From the NCBI GenBank assembly GCA_043228905.1, contig JBHGNT010000002.1:4402001-4466000 (forward strand): a DNA stretch of 64,000 bases. Direction: 5' to 3'. The notes beneath the pieces were generated by a model. It had not been told where the DNA came from. It did not search any database and worked only from the letters and a program-made list of their open reading frames with translations. How positions within the stretch are numbered: position 1 is the stretch's first letter; each line of letters begins with the position of its first letter. Below, piece after piece: positions 1 to 12,600 of the stretch. The translations under genes were made by a program, and so were the position numbers. Source of the DNA: Azolla caroliniana (taxonomy: Eukaryota; Plantae; Polypodiophyta).

Positions 1-1980
1 TACGGCGACGACGAGTTCGGCTACCGAGTATGGGACCCGGTCGACAAGAAGATATTCAGGAGTCGAGATATCATCTTCATGGAGGACAAGACACTCACCG
101 ACTGGGAGTCGGAGAAGAAGATGAAGAGCTCCAAGTCGACCGGTGAGAATCAACTCTACGAGGAGCAGTCCCGACCGGCAAGGGACCGGTTAGCACTCGA
201 GGATCCGGCCGAAGACGGTGAAGAAACAGAACCGACCGAGGAAGATGAAATTGATACCGGAACCGGCCCCGATCCTGAAATGGATTCGGATGAAGAGGAA
301 ACGGAGGAGCCGGTTACCGAAGCTCCGGAACGGAGATATCCTCTAAGAGAGAGAAGGGCCCCCCGGAGATTTCCGGAACCAGAGCACGTGCTGCTAACCG
401 ACGAGGGGGAGCCGGAGAGTCTTGAAGAAGCAAAGCTTGACACCCATAGCCTCAGGTGGTTAAGTGCCATGCAGGAGGAGATGGATTCCCTGCATGAGAA
501 CCACACATATGAACTTGTGGATTTGCCGAAAGGAACGCGGGCACTTCGAAACAAGTGGGTGTTCAAGCTGAAACCGGGAGATGCCGGAAACCCCCCGAGA
601 TACAAAGCCAGGATCGTGGTGAAGGGGTTCCAGCAGAAGAAGGGCGTCGACTTCGACGAGATATTTGCCCCGGTAGTGAAGATGACCTCCATCCGGACGG
701 TGCTGAGCATAGCGGCAGGCTTGGACCTCGAGGTAGAACAGATGGACGTGAAGACGACATTCCTTCACGGTGACCTCGAAGAAGAGATCTACATGCAGCA
801 ACCGGAAGGATTCGAGAAGAAAGGGAAGGAGCACCTGGTATGCCGGTTGAAGAAGAGCCTTTACGGACTGAAGCAGGCTCCCCGGCAGTGGTACCGGAAG
901 TTCGACTCCTTCATGACCGACGAAGGGTACCACAAAACGCAGTCCGATCACTGCGTGTTTGTGAAGAAGTTCGAAGGAGGAGACTTTCTAATACTCCTCC
1001 TGTACGTGGACGACATGTTGATCGTTGGACGGGACCAGGTCAAGATACGGATGCTGAAGAAAGCGCTTCACCGAACTTTCTCAATGAAGGACCTGGGTCC
1101 GGCGAGGCAAATACTAGGGATGCACATCATCCGGGATCGGAAGAAGAAGCAGTTGTGGCTGTCACAGGAGAAGTACGTGACAAAGGTGCTTCACCGGTTC
1201 AACATGTCGGAAGCAAGACCGGTCGGATCGACCCTCCCGGCAAACTGCAAATTATCCGGCAAGCAAAGTCCCAAGACAAAAGTTGAAAAGGAGGATATGA
1301 TGAAAGTACCATATGCCTCTGCCGTCGGAAGCTTGATGTACGCAATGGTGTGTACAAGACCGGACATAGGATATGCAGTCGGAGTGGTGAGCCGGTACAT
1401 GAGCAATCCCGGCAAAGAGCACTGAAACGCGGACAAGTGGATACTCCGATACCTGAAGGGCACGGCAAACGTGTGCCTCCGATTCGGCTCCGGTAAGCCC
1501 GAACTCGACGGCTTTACCGATTCGGATATGTCGGCTGATACAGATACCAGTCGGTCCACATCAGGGTATGTGATGACGTATGCAGGGGGAGCTGTTTCGT
1601 GGCAGTCGAGGCTGCAGAAGACCGTTGCGTTGTCAACCACGGAGGCGGAGTACATGGCGGCTGTTGAAGCCAGCAAGGAAATAATATGGATGAAGGACTT
1701 CATTAGAGAGCTCGGTATCCGGCAGGAGGAGTACCGGCTCTACTGCGATAGTCAGAGTGCCATCCACCTTGCGAAGAACGCGGCCTACCATTCCCGGACG
1801 AAACACATCCAGCGTAGATACCACTGGATCCGGGAAAGGATAGAAGACAAGGAGTTCATGCTGACGAAGATCCACACGGACGAGAACGGGTCGGATATGC
1901 TGACCAAGGTGCTCACACCCGACAAGCTGGAAGCATGCCGGAAGAGGATCGGATTGGAGAGACATCCCATGCCGAAGTGA
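1..1980 (+). pseudogene. pol: Copia pol (INT end-RT-RNaseH) with a premature stop
   Basis: ORFs 79..1425 and 1471..1980 are in the same frame. TGA at 1423-1425 replaces the Trp of EHWNA seen in the intact copy at 36179..40252. Confidence 0.93.
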
Positions 1981-1990
1981 AGGGGGAGTT

Positions 1991-2598
1991 TGTTGGGATT
2001 ACGGTCCCTCCGGATGGGATGTCCGGAGATGAATGACGGCAAGCCCGGTTGCGGTTGCGGAACCGGAGGATGAAGAGTACCCGGCATGAAGCCGGATGAT
2101 GAAGACCCCGGCTACGGAGCCGGATGACGAATGTACCCGGAGAGAGATCCGGATGCGGGGACATATTTGTGAATATGTTTGCCAAGGACCCTTGAGGCTA
2201 TATTTGTAAATAGCCCGAAAGTCATATGTGTATAAATATGACTTAGGGCAAACAGTTTATTGACTGTTACTCATTTTTCTGGTTTTCTACTTAGAGGGAG
2301 CTAAGTGAGCAGCAAAGAGAGAGAGAGAGAGAGACGAAGAGGTCGTTGCCTCTGTGTATTACCGCCGCCTGTGGCGAAGACAGTGAGCTCAAGGTTGTTG
2401 CCTTGTAGCCTCACCATTGTACATCTCTGTTTATAGTGATAGTTGGAGTTTGAGGACTCCCGTGGTTTTTCCCATTTAGGGTTTTCCACGTAAAACATCC
2501 TGTGTACTCTTCTCTCTATTGTCTTCGTGCATTTTGTATTTCCTGTTTTCTGTGAGTTGATCCTATTCCTCGGTTGTGGCCGAGCGCTGTGTTTAACA
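1991..2598 (+). repeat. 3' LTR of Copia
   Basis: Starts TGTTGGGATT right after the PPT and ends TTAACA. Homologous to LTRs 35535..36168 and 40283..40916. Confidence 0.88.
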
Positions 2599-3569
2599 GG
2601 CCGAACGTACAAGAAAGACACAAACACACGCACAAAATGCTCGTACACCTTTATGAGGAGGAGAGGTGCATGGGCAAGCCCGAAACGGTCCCTCGTCACA
2701 AGACGACCGAACGTACACGGAAGACACAAATAAAGAAAGAAGGAGAGAAAGAAACACGAATGATATCGACGAAAGAGATAAATACGTGTTCGATTCCAAC
2801 GCAAGAGGACCCTTTATAAAATAGGGTTTTGTTTACAATGGCAACTTATAGTTAACCACAAGCTCAATCAAAACATAAATACTAAATGCCCTTAGAGACA
2901 AAAGCAAATCCGAACACGGTGAAGATGAACACACGAGCACCACCAAAATGCCAATCCCAACGAACCACAACCACCCGAACGGCGAGCACACGGGCTCGCA
3001 ACGACGAACGAGGCGGAGCAACGTCGAACCAACGAAGCTTGGGCTCACGAGCACTTCGAGTGCCGACGCGAAGAAGACGAGCACATGGCGATGGGGGGAT
3101 GAAGGGGTATGAGATGAAGCGAAGTGGTGAATAAGAAGATGAAGAGCTTTGAAGGAAAATTGGCGATAGTCTCCTCCTCCCAAAACGTCCTCCCGAATGA
3201 GCCCCCCTCGACCTCCTTTTATAGGAAAAAAAGAAGGGGGGTCGCCAATTTTGTCTTCAATGAAAAAGGAATAAAATTCCTTAAATCACAATGAACTGTA
3301 AGACCAAATTTGAACTGTGCACCTCTAGCTAATTCTATTTCTATAAATTCCTAGCCTGTCTCCCCTCTACCTTTTATCTCTCCTCTCTCTTACTTTTTGC
3401 ACGAGCTTCAATACCTCCTTTCCACCCTTTCTTTTCCCTTTTATTTTGCATATACACAATTAATCGCCTTTGTGTGCACACACATTGCACATGCACATTT
3501 TGACCCCCCCCTTTCGCCGGTTTTTCCCACTCTCGAGCACGCCACATTACGACATCGGAAGTTCAATTT

Positions 3570-5059
3570 TCACATTGATCACGTGGTGCAACTCTATCTC
3601 GTCTCAAAACAATCGTTGACCGGGAAGCTGGCCCAGTGGATGCTGTTGTCACACGAGTTTGAGTTCGAGATCCAGCCTCGGCCAGGGACCCAACACGTAG
3701 TGGCTGATTATCTTAGGCAGATCGAAATGGAGAAGAAGCAGTCGAAGGGCATGTCAACTTTCTAGATACCAGAATCCTGCGTATTTCGGCAAACGATGCT
3801 GAGGAAGGCAAGCACTCCCCGGACAAATGGCTAGAGGAAATGAACTATTTCTTAAGTATAGGGTTGACACCTCCACCCCTGCATTCAGATGAAAAGAAGC
3901 GGGTGGCGGTCAGAAGCTGGAACTTTCTTCTGCTCGAGGGAATATTGTACCATAAGGGAAGCAACTGTATCTGGCAAAGGTGTGTACGCTAGGATCAAAA
4001 GAGAATAGTATTACGAGAAGCTCACTACGGAATAACAGGGGGTCAATATGTAGGGGAGGCAACCACATGTAAGATATGGCAAGGAGGACTCTGGTGGCCG
4101 ATGACACAGAAGGATGCCCACATGTACTGTAAAGAATGCGACTTGTGTCAACGAATGGGCCAACCAACAGAATTAGTGCGGATACCCCATCAACCAACGT
4201 TACCACTAGAACCATTCCAGAAATGGGGTCTTCCTCGTCGCTACACGAACAGGTATAGGTACATCGTCGTGGCCACGAACTCCTGTACGAAATGGGTCGA
4301 AGCAAAAGCTTTACGAGATAACATGGCGGCATCCACGACACGATTCTTATACGAGCACATCTGGTGCCACTTTGGATGCCCTATAGAGCTAATCCGTGAC
4401 CAAGGAAGCCATTTCATTAACGCAGTAATCCACAATTTGACCGACCATTACGTGGTAGTTCACAAGAAAAGCACGTTCTATTATCCACAGGCAAATGGAC
4501 TCGTAGAATCGACAAATAAAATGCTCCAAAACATCCTAAAGAAAATCGTCAACCAAAACCGCATGGACTGGGACACGAAACTGTACAAGTTTTAAGACCA
4601 ATATCCAAAATAATTCCATTTTGGCTAGCTTTCGGACTAGAAGTCGTAATGCCTGTGGAGTTTCAGGTTCCGAGTTTACGGATACAAGTTCAAGTGCGCC
4701 TTTCCGAATAACAGTCTGATCAAACCCACTTACAACAACTCCTCAAACTCGGTGAAGCCAGGGTCCACAACATTGCAATTTTGGAGCAAGAACAATGCCG
4801 ACGGAAGGCATTTGTAGATTGGCACCGCGGCACCAACGAGAAATTGTTTAAACTTGGAAAAACTACCCTAGTGTTCCAAACATGCATGGGACATATGCTA
4901 GGGAAATTGCGGTTCAGATGGACCGGGCCGTATTGGATAGTAGGCATCGAAAATGGGACGTTTGAGCTAGGCACGCTCACAAGGGAAGTGTTACAACAAA
5001 AGGTGAATGGTTTTCGGCTGAAGCCGTATTGGGGTCCCACACCACCAAACCCTTTTTGA
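3570..5059 (+). pseudogene. Degenerate Ty3/Gypsy pol fragment (RNaseH end, integrase zinc finger/core, GPY motif)
   Basis: Fragmented ORFs: TGKLAQWMLL..EFEFEI; CKECDLCQRMG; TKWVEAKAL..DQGSHF..YYPQANGLVESTNK; LRFRWTGPY. Many stops and frameshifts. Element ends not resolved. Confidence 0.85.
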
Positions 5060-5489
5060 ATCGATACGAAAACTGGGCCACTCCCTAACATGACGATTGG
5101 GGGTAACTGACTCATGGAATGAGGCCCCACTTGTAAGTATGTACCATTAATATACTATATTGATAGCCATAACCGTTGGGTATGAAATGAAAGAGAGAAA
5201 AAAAACAAGAAAAAAGGGGCATTCACGACTAGTTAAGGAGGTTACATGCAGAGGCAACTTCCAAGGAAACAACTGCATGCGTCCACACAATGGCTCGACG
5301 AATTTTGAACCCTAACTCTTCATTTTCATAAAAAGAGGAAGTGAGCCACTTCTATGTACATAAAAGAAAGCCTTCACGATCTCTTATCTGTCCTTGCTCA
5401 CCTCGCTATCATAGAAGCTCATTTACACGACCCTTGCACGCCACTCGTTCCCCTCAATCCTCTCAGCCCTTCCCCGAAGACGTTAGCAG

Positions 5490-5990
5490 CATGACGATTA
5501 ATATCTCCCTAGCCCTGCGGAGGTGGCTCCACGACAAGGGTCTTGCAGGCTACATCGGGTAGTAGAAGCGCCGCCCCACCCAAACTCACAGGACATGGCA
5601 AGGAAGCTCAATATTGACACCATCACAAACACTAGCATCAGGAAGAATCAGGGCATGTCCGAAAGTGGTGAACGCCACTTCGAGATCCCTCTAGTAGGGG
5701 TTCTCGAGCATTACTTTGGGGAGTACTCTATCTTGGCCAAAGCTTACATGATGAAGGATGCGCCTGACCCTTTCGTCTGCGAACTTGCGAAATTTTTACT
5801 AGAAATGGGGTGCGTGCACACCAATGCATACGAGATGCCAAAAGAAAAAAGCGTCCATTGTCATCGCGATGTTCGAGGGACAACGGGGACTGGAATCCAT
5901 AGCTCTGCAAGACGAACAACAACCGAACCCCACCCCGTGAATCAAACCACGACATGCTGCAGATATATAGGCCGAACATGAGCAGGCTCT
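5490..5990 (+). pseudogene. Remnant of an accessory ORF downstream of the Gypsy integrase
   Basis: LRRWLHDKGLAGYI..EAPPHP..LEHYFGEYSILAKAY resembles AKKWLRQHGLEGFL..EAPPHR..LIKYFGEYSLASKGY at 53466..53903. Confidence 0.65.
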
Positions 5991-6679
5991 CGGAAGCCCA
6001 AAGGCCAAACGTAGAAGGCAGTACAGAAAGGATGGCCATGGGTTTGTCAAAGACACGGTGTCGCGGTACTACGCATGTGTGTGTGAAGCTAGGTGGGACC
6101 ACGGGGGCCTCAGACCGGAGAGTTTAAGAAGAAGAAGAAGATAGACAGAGGGTGCGTAGGGCACTTGGTGTCGACGGGATCAGAGTATCACGCTAGATGA
6201 ACAACAAAAGAAACGGATACCCACAATAGATTAGAAGACAAAGAGATTACAACCGGCACAATCGAGAGCCGAGCCACGGGCTCAATGAGCAACGCACACA
6301 CTCCAATCACCAAAAATACAATGTGGAGCCTCTGTCGGGGGCACACGGGCTTCCTACGCAAGCAAAGGCGTCCGACCTAAGAGAACGCAAACCGAAAACA
6401 TAGAGAATGAGCGCTCGGTTCCCAGTCCGACAACACTTTGTTCTCCCTAAACGTGTTATCTAACTCAATCCTCTCTACCTCCCTTTATAGACCAAGGAGG
6501 GAGATGGTTGTTACATCAAGTAGTTATGCCGCCGCTTTGGACCGAGATTCTCCTCGATCGCCGTCATCTGATGCAGAACAAGATCAACACTCCTGTAGTG
6601 TAAGATCATAAGTAGATACAAGATCATAGTGGGTTGATGGCAACATATACAGAAAAAACAGGAATGCAACTAGTGTGTT

Positions 6680-6715
<36 letters not shown>

Positions 6716-7946
6716 AAGCACAACTCAGAATATATTGCAATAGCCACCCGGAACAACAACCATCTAACTAGGTTACAAAGTTAGTTTATATATTGACTGA
6801 CTTAGGGCAACTGCCCTTCTCACTATTTACATAAGTAGCCTAAGCCTAGTGTGTACAAAGGAGGCGGTGTGAATACATCCATTAGAAGTCCGTATTCAAC
6901 ACTCCCCCATAATGGGTGTATACATCTGAAATCTGTAAACCAAAATGAATGTACAATATAGATTGATATAAGGTTTTTGAACAATCAAGAAATCGTTCGA
7001 ATCGGTGAACTCCGAAGAGCAGAAGAAGCCGAAGTTTGAACTATCCAGGTTTATTGTCCGAGGAACATCCTGGGTGTCTGATTTATTCGGAATGATTCTT
7101 CATTACGCCCATTCGATGCCGAAGGCATCGAGATCAATCTGCCGAGAGACACTTGGTCATTGCATCCACAACGTTATCCGTTGTAGGTACTTCTCAAGGT
7201 CGATTTTCCTTGAAATGACATAGTCCCGAAGGAAATGATATCGAACATCGATATGCGTGGAGGCGTTGTGATGAACCGGATTTTTCGACAAAGCAACAAC
7301 AACTTGACTGTGTCACTGTAAACAATTGGAACCGAGCCGATTTCGGATTGTCGAAATGTGTAGGCCAACCGACCAAGCCATAAGGCCTCTTTTACCCCAT
7401 CGGATGCGGCTACATATTCGGCCTTGGTCGTAGATGTGGCGGTGCATTCCTGACGTTTCTATTTCCATGAGATCGCTCCATTGCCAAGTTTAAAACAATA
7501 TCCAGTTGTTGATTTGCAGCTATCGTATCTGACTACGCCTGAGATGTTGTTCAGGTTCTGTGCCCACCAGATATCTGAACACATGCTTGAATGCGATCCA
7601 ATGCAATTGGCCAAGATTGTGCATAAATCTGCTGACGACTCCAACGACGTGAGCAATGTCAGGCCGTGTCGTGACCATCGCATACATCAGGCAGCCTACT
7701 GTTGGTGCATACGGTACCAACTTCATAATCTCCCCCTCTGGACTGAATGTCGGGCAGTCTCGCTAAGACAGTCGAGTAATAATGGGGGACGGGGTTGAAG
7801 CATATTTTGCCGACTGCATGTTGCGACTGCATGTTGAAGCATTCCAAGACACGTGCAATGTAGTTGGATTGAGACAGAAACAATTGTCTTCGATTCCGAT
7901 TCCAACTTATTTTCATGCCAAGAATGTGTCGAGCCGAACCAAAATC

Positions 7947-8383
7947 TGTCATGGCAAGACTCGAACCCATGACTTTATGCTACATGGGTCGAGCTCTTAC
8001 CATTAGATTATGAATTGTATTTTGTAGGATATTATTTTCATTTATACTTTATCATATAAAATTGATGTATATTCCAGATCTCTCTGGAACATTCTAGAAG
8101 CTTCAGGATTATTCCTAAAAACACTATAAAAGGAGGCACAAGGCATTGTTTTGAACCAAATTGGTTCAACGCCAGTCTTAAGCCTCTTAGCCGCTTGTAC
8201 TTATCTTTTCACATAATATATAGCTGCTGTCATCATCTCTCTCTCTCTCATTCTCGCTATCTCTCTCTCTCTCCTCTTCTCACTCCCTCTCTCGGGAATC
8301 TTACGCAGTCCCGTCCTCTTAGTACTAATAGTACTGCTGTTCTTAGTACTAATTCCATCTCTGTTTTAGTGCTATTTCTGACA
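7947..8383 (+). repeat. 5' LTR of chromovirus
   Basis: TGTCA...TGACA; TATAAA at 8125-8130; direct repeat of 13187..13623. Confidence 0.95.
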
Positions 8384-8385
8384 GT

Positions 8386-8397
8386 TTGAACCAATTT
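8386..8397 (+). promoter_or_regulatory. Self-priming PBS (Tf1-type)
   Basis: TTGAACCAATTT is complementary to AAATTGGTTCAA at 8158-8169, about 30 nt after the TATA box. No TGG-type tRNA PBS is present. Confidence 0.7.
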
Positions 8398-8452
8398 TCT
8401 CCTCTAGCCTACTTGTCACTCTCCCTCATCCTCCTACCCTTTTCCCTATACT

Positions 8453-9606
8453 ATGGCTACTGTTAGCGCCCAAGAATACCAATCCGTTTTCTCCGAGCTA
8501 CAGTGCCTAAAAGAAAAATTTGTTGCCCTGGAACAAGAAAACCAACGGCTGATAGGGGATCTGCAACAAATCGCTCTAGAAAAACAACAAACGCAAAAAC
8601 AACATGGGGAGTTAGCGTTACGGGTACAACAACTCGAAGCAGCGTTGCAACAACAAGGATCCAGTCCCCAAGGATTTCATAAAGAGCCCAAGATTGGACT
8701 TCCTGTGAAATTTGATGGAACGCGTTCGCAATTCCGGGGATTCCTTAATCAGGTACGCTTAGTCATCCAGATGCATCCTTCCCGATATCCCACTAATGCA
8801 TCTCGAGTCGGCCTAATAGGCACGCTACTTAGCGGCTCAGCCTTGGCATGGTTTGCTCCGCTTCTAGAAAAACAATCACCCTTAATAACTTTGAAGATTT
8901 TATTGGTGAGTTTAAAGCCTGCTTTGGAGACACCGACAACATCAGGACGGCGATCAACAAGATCCGGCGATTGCGTCAAGGCGATCGTCCAGCCTCTGCC
9001 TATGCGGCGGATTTCCGCCTACTTGCTTCAGATATACCCTGGGATGATCAAGCACTAATGGAGCAGTTTCGCTATGGCTTGCGAAACGATGTTAAAGATC
9101 TACTTCTAACTTTCCCCGAAGAACCAAAGTCTCTTACGGAGGCAATCAGTCGAGTAGTTCGATGTGACAACCGCCTTTTTGAACGACGTTCAGAACGTCA
9201 ATTACAGATACCACGCTCTAGGCCAGAGCCCACTTACGCCGCAGTCGCGGCTAAACCGTTTGCACGAGACATACCTCAAGCAAATACTTCGACACCGATG
9301 GAGATCGATACCATGCGTCGACGCGGCCCGTTATCGGAAGAAGAAAAGCAACGACGACGTGCCAATCGATTATGTCTTTATTGCGGTGGACCAGGACATA
9401 TCGCCATCAATTGTCCCCATAGGCCAAGAAGACAGGTAAATCAAATCGTCGCCTGTACTAAACCCGAGTCAATTCTTCCCTTCGGAGTGTCTGATAGTAT
9501 TAATAGTACTAATAGAGTGTCAGATAGTATTCATAGTACTAATAGCCCAAGTATCTCAAATAAATTTGAAATCCTTAGTCAATTAGATGAAGAGTTAAAC
9601 GATTGA
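8453..9606 (+). pseudogene. gag: Chromovirus gag (coiled coil, retrotransposon gag domain, CCHC knuckle) with a frameshift near 8883
   Basis: ORF 8453..9058 (PVKFDGTRSQFRGFL..GSALAWF) continues in ORF 8848..9606 (LRQGDRPASAYAADF..CLYCGGPGHIAINC). Confidence 0.88.
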
Positions 9607-12600
9607 GTCCAGCCAAAATAGGAGCCATTTGGTTGGACAGCAGCCCTAGATCTGTACAGCCCATTAGTGGTTCCATTCCTTCCAAGCAAGTTAGCAATGT
9701 GTTCCTAGCCCAAGTCATTGTTAGTACTAAAAGTACTCCCCCAGTACCCGTCCTAGCACTTTTAGATTCAGGAGCTAATTCCTGTTTCATGGATCGAAAT
9801 TTTGCCCAAGCTTCTCAGATATCCTTAAGAAAACTTCCTTGTCCCGCATCTGTAGTGGTCATTGATGGTCGTCCCATTGCTTCCGGGAATATTGTAGAAG
9901 AATCAGAACCCATTCAAGTTGTCCTAGGTAGTTTTGTGTGTATAATATCATTTAATATAATTAGTAGTCCAGAGCATCCCATTGTCCTAGGATTACCTTG
10001 GCTTGAATTACATAATCCAGCCATAGATTGGAGAACAAGAGAAGTCCGATATCGACCACCCCAAGAATCAGCTCACCGAGTTTCGACCATTTCACTCCAT
10101 CAACTACGCGAAGAAGGACCCAAGGAGGCAATGTTCCTATTTGCCATATCAGTACATCCTTCTAGCACTATTAAGAAGGACTCCTCAATACTACTTCCGG
10201 CAAAATATCATCCTTATGCCGATGTATTTGACAAGGTAAAAGCCGGTACCCTTCCTCATCACCGTCCCTATGACTGTCCCATCGATTTACAACCAGGAAC
10301 CGAGCCACCATTGGGACCAATTTACAACTTGTCACCCACCGAGTTAGAAGTCCTTCGAGCCTACATAGAGGAGAACTTGGCAAGCGGGTTCATCCGTCAT
10401 TCGAAATCTCCGGCCGGTGCACCCATCTTCTTTGTCAAGAAGAAAGATGGCTCACTTCGTCTTGTCGTTGATTACCGCGGATTGAATAAAGTCACCATCC
10501 GGAATAGGTATGCACTTCCTCTTATATCAAGTCTTTTAGAGCGAGTTAATGGTGCCAAGTTTTTTACTAAAATCGACCTACGAGGAGCGTATAATCTCGT
10601 GCGGATCCGACCGGGAGATGAGTGGAAGACCGCTTTTCGCACGCGGTATGGGCATTTCGAGTATACTGTTATGCCGTTTGGCCTAACCAATGCACCCGCA
10701 GTCTTCCAACACATGGCAAATGATATATTCAGAGACCTCTTGGATATCTGTTTGATCATTTATCTGGATGATCTGTTGATTTATTCGAAGACCCAGGAAG
10801 AGCACGATTCTCATGTACTATTAGTACTAAAGCGACTCCGCGAGAATGGTCTTTATGTCAAGCTAGAGAAATGTAGCTTTGACTGCAAGCAAGTGGAATT
10901 TCTAGGCTACGTCATCTCCTCAAAGGGCATCGCCATGGATCCAGCTAAAATCCAAACTGTACTAGAGTGGCAAATTCCACGGTCAGTACGAGATGTACAA
11001 TGTTTTCTAGGCTTTGCTAACTTCTACCGTAAGTTTATACAGGATTACTCGAAGATTATTTTACCTCTCACACAACTTACGAAGAAGGGCCAAGCATTTC
11101 TTTGGTCCATCGAAGCAGATATGGCTTTTCGGCATCTTAAGAAAGTCTTTACATCAGCACCGATTCTAGCTCATGTGGATACAAGCAAACCATTCATCAT
11201 GGAGGCCGACGCATCAGATTTCGCCCTCGGTAGCATCCTTTCTCAACAAGGCGATAAAGAAGAGTTGCATCCGGTGGCTTTCCATTCGCGCAAATTCAAT
11301 GTCGCAGAAATCAACTACGAAATACATGACAAGGAGTTATTAGCCATCGTGGATTCATTTGTACAATGGCGGCATTTCTTAGAGGGCTCTCCACATCAGG
11401 TCATTGTCTTTAGCGATCATAAAAATCTTGCTTATTTTCAGAACGCTCGCGTACTAAATCGACGGCAAGCTCGGTGGGCGCAATTCCTCACGCGTTTCAA
11501 CTTCGAAATCACATATCGACCGGGGAAGCAACAAGGAAAAGCAGATGCACTATCACGACGTTCATATCTTGCACGTCGTCCTGGTGACGCAACATTTGAT
11601 AATCAAAAGCAAGTAATCTTGGGACCAACACGATTGCACACGACGCGGATTTTTCACACCTCGATGGATTCACGGATTACCAATGACATACGTGCAACCT
11701 TGAAGACGGATAGTTTTGCTCAAGACATCCTGGCGCACATTGATACTTCTCGGGCATCCTGTTCTCAGTCTCAACAACCAGGTATTGACTACCGACAATT
11801 CGAATATCATGATGGTTTGTTATTCTTTAAAAAGCGCGTATATGTCCCCGATTGCTCCTGTCGCCTTCAAATCGTCCAACATTGTCACGACACCCATACG
11901 GCGGGACATTTCGGTAGTACCAAGACGTTGGAGTTAGTGCAGCGATCTTTTTGGTGGCCCCACATGCGCCGTTTTGTCGACGACTACGTTCGGACTTGTG
12001 ATGCTTGCTGCCGAGCAAAGATGCCACGACACCATCCATATGGCTTGTTGGAACCTTTACCAATTCCAAGTAAGCCATGGCAGTCTATTTGTCTTGATTT
12101 TATTACAGATCTGCCAGTCTCGAAGGGGTTCGATGCTATCCTAACCGTCATCGATCGATATACGAAGATGGCACATTTTGTGCCATGTACTAAAGCCATC
12201 ACTAGCGAGGAAACCGCCGCTCTTGTTATGTGTGAGGTATTTCGGCACCATGGCCTACCAGACAGTATTATCAGTGACCAAGGCCCGCAATTTGTCTCCA
12301 AATTTTGGCAGCATCTCTTCAGGATGCTCAAGGTCTCCTGCAACCTCTCCTCCGGCTACCATCCTCAAACTGACGGACATGCGGAACGAACAAACCAAAC
12401 GTTGGAGCAATATCTCCGGTGTTTCCTGAGTTATCAACAGGACGATTGGGCCGAGATTCTCCACTTTGCAGAGTTTGCGTATAATAATGCTATTCACTCC
12501 TCGACTCGGGTCTCCCCATTTCTCGCTTATACCGGTTTCCATCCTCGCTGGTCGGTGATCGACACTCCGGAGCTACCTACCAACCCTCGTGCCGAGGACC

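Larger units (their letters stand above)
1..2598 (+). mobile_element. Ty1/Copia LTR retrotransposon, 3' part (cut by window start); same family as 35535..40916
   Basis: Integrase end, RT (YVDDML) and RNaseH, PPT AGGGGGAG at 1981-1988, then 3' LTR 1991..2598 (TG...CA). Nearly the reverse complement of the 35535..40916 element. Confidence 0.95.

Noticed and set aside
1423-1425. Programmed readthrough or selenocysteine TGA
   Set aside because: The intact sister copy has TGG here, so this is a simple G-to-A nonsense mutation.
156-1965. Many antisense and alternate-frame ORFs over retroelement pol (also at 36100-40300 and 47000-52600)
   Set aside because: Shadow ORFs of GC-rich coding sequence with no recognisable domains.
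2599-3560. Possible LTR of the degenerate Gypsy
   Set aside because: No partner repeat, TSD or clear termini found, so boundaries cannot be supported.
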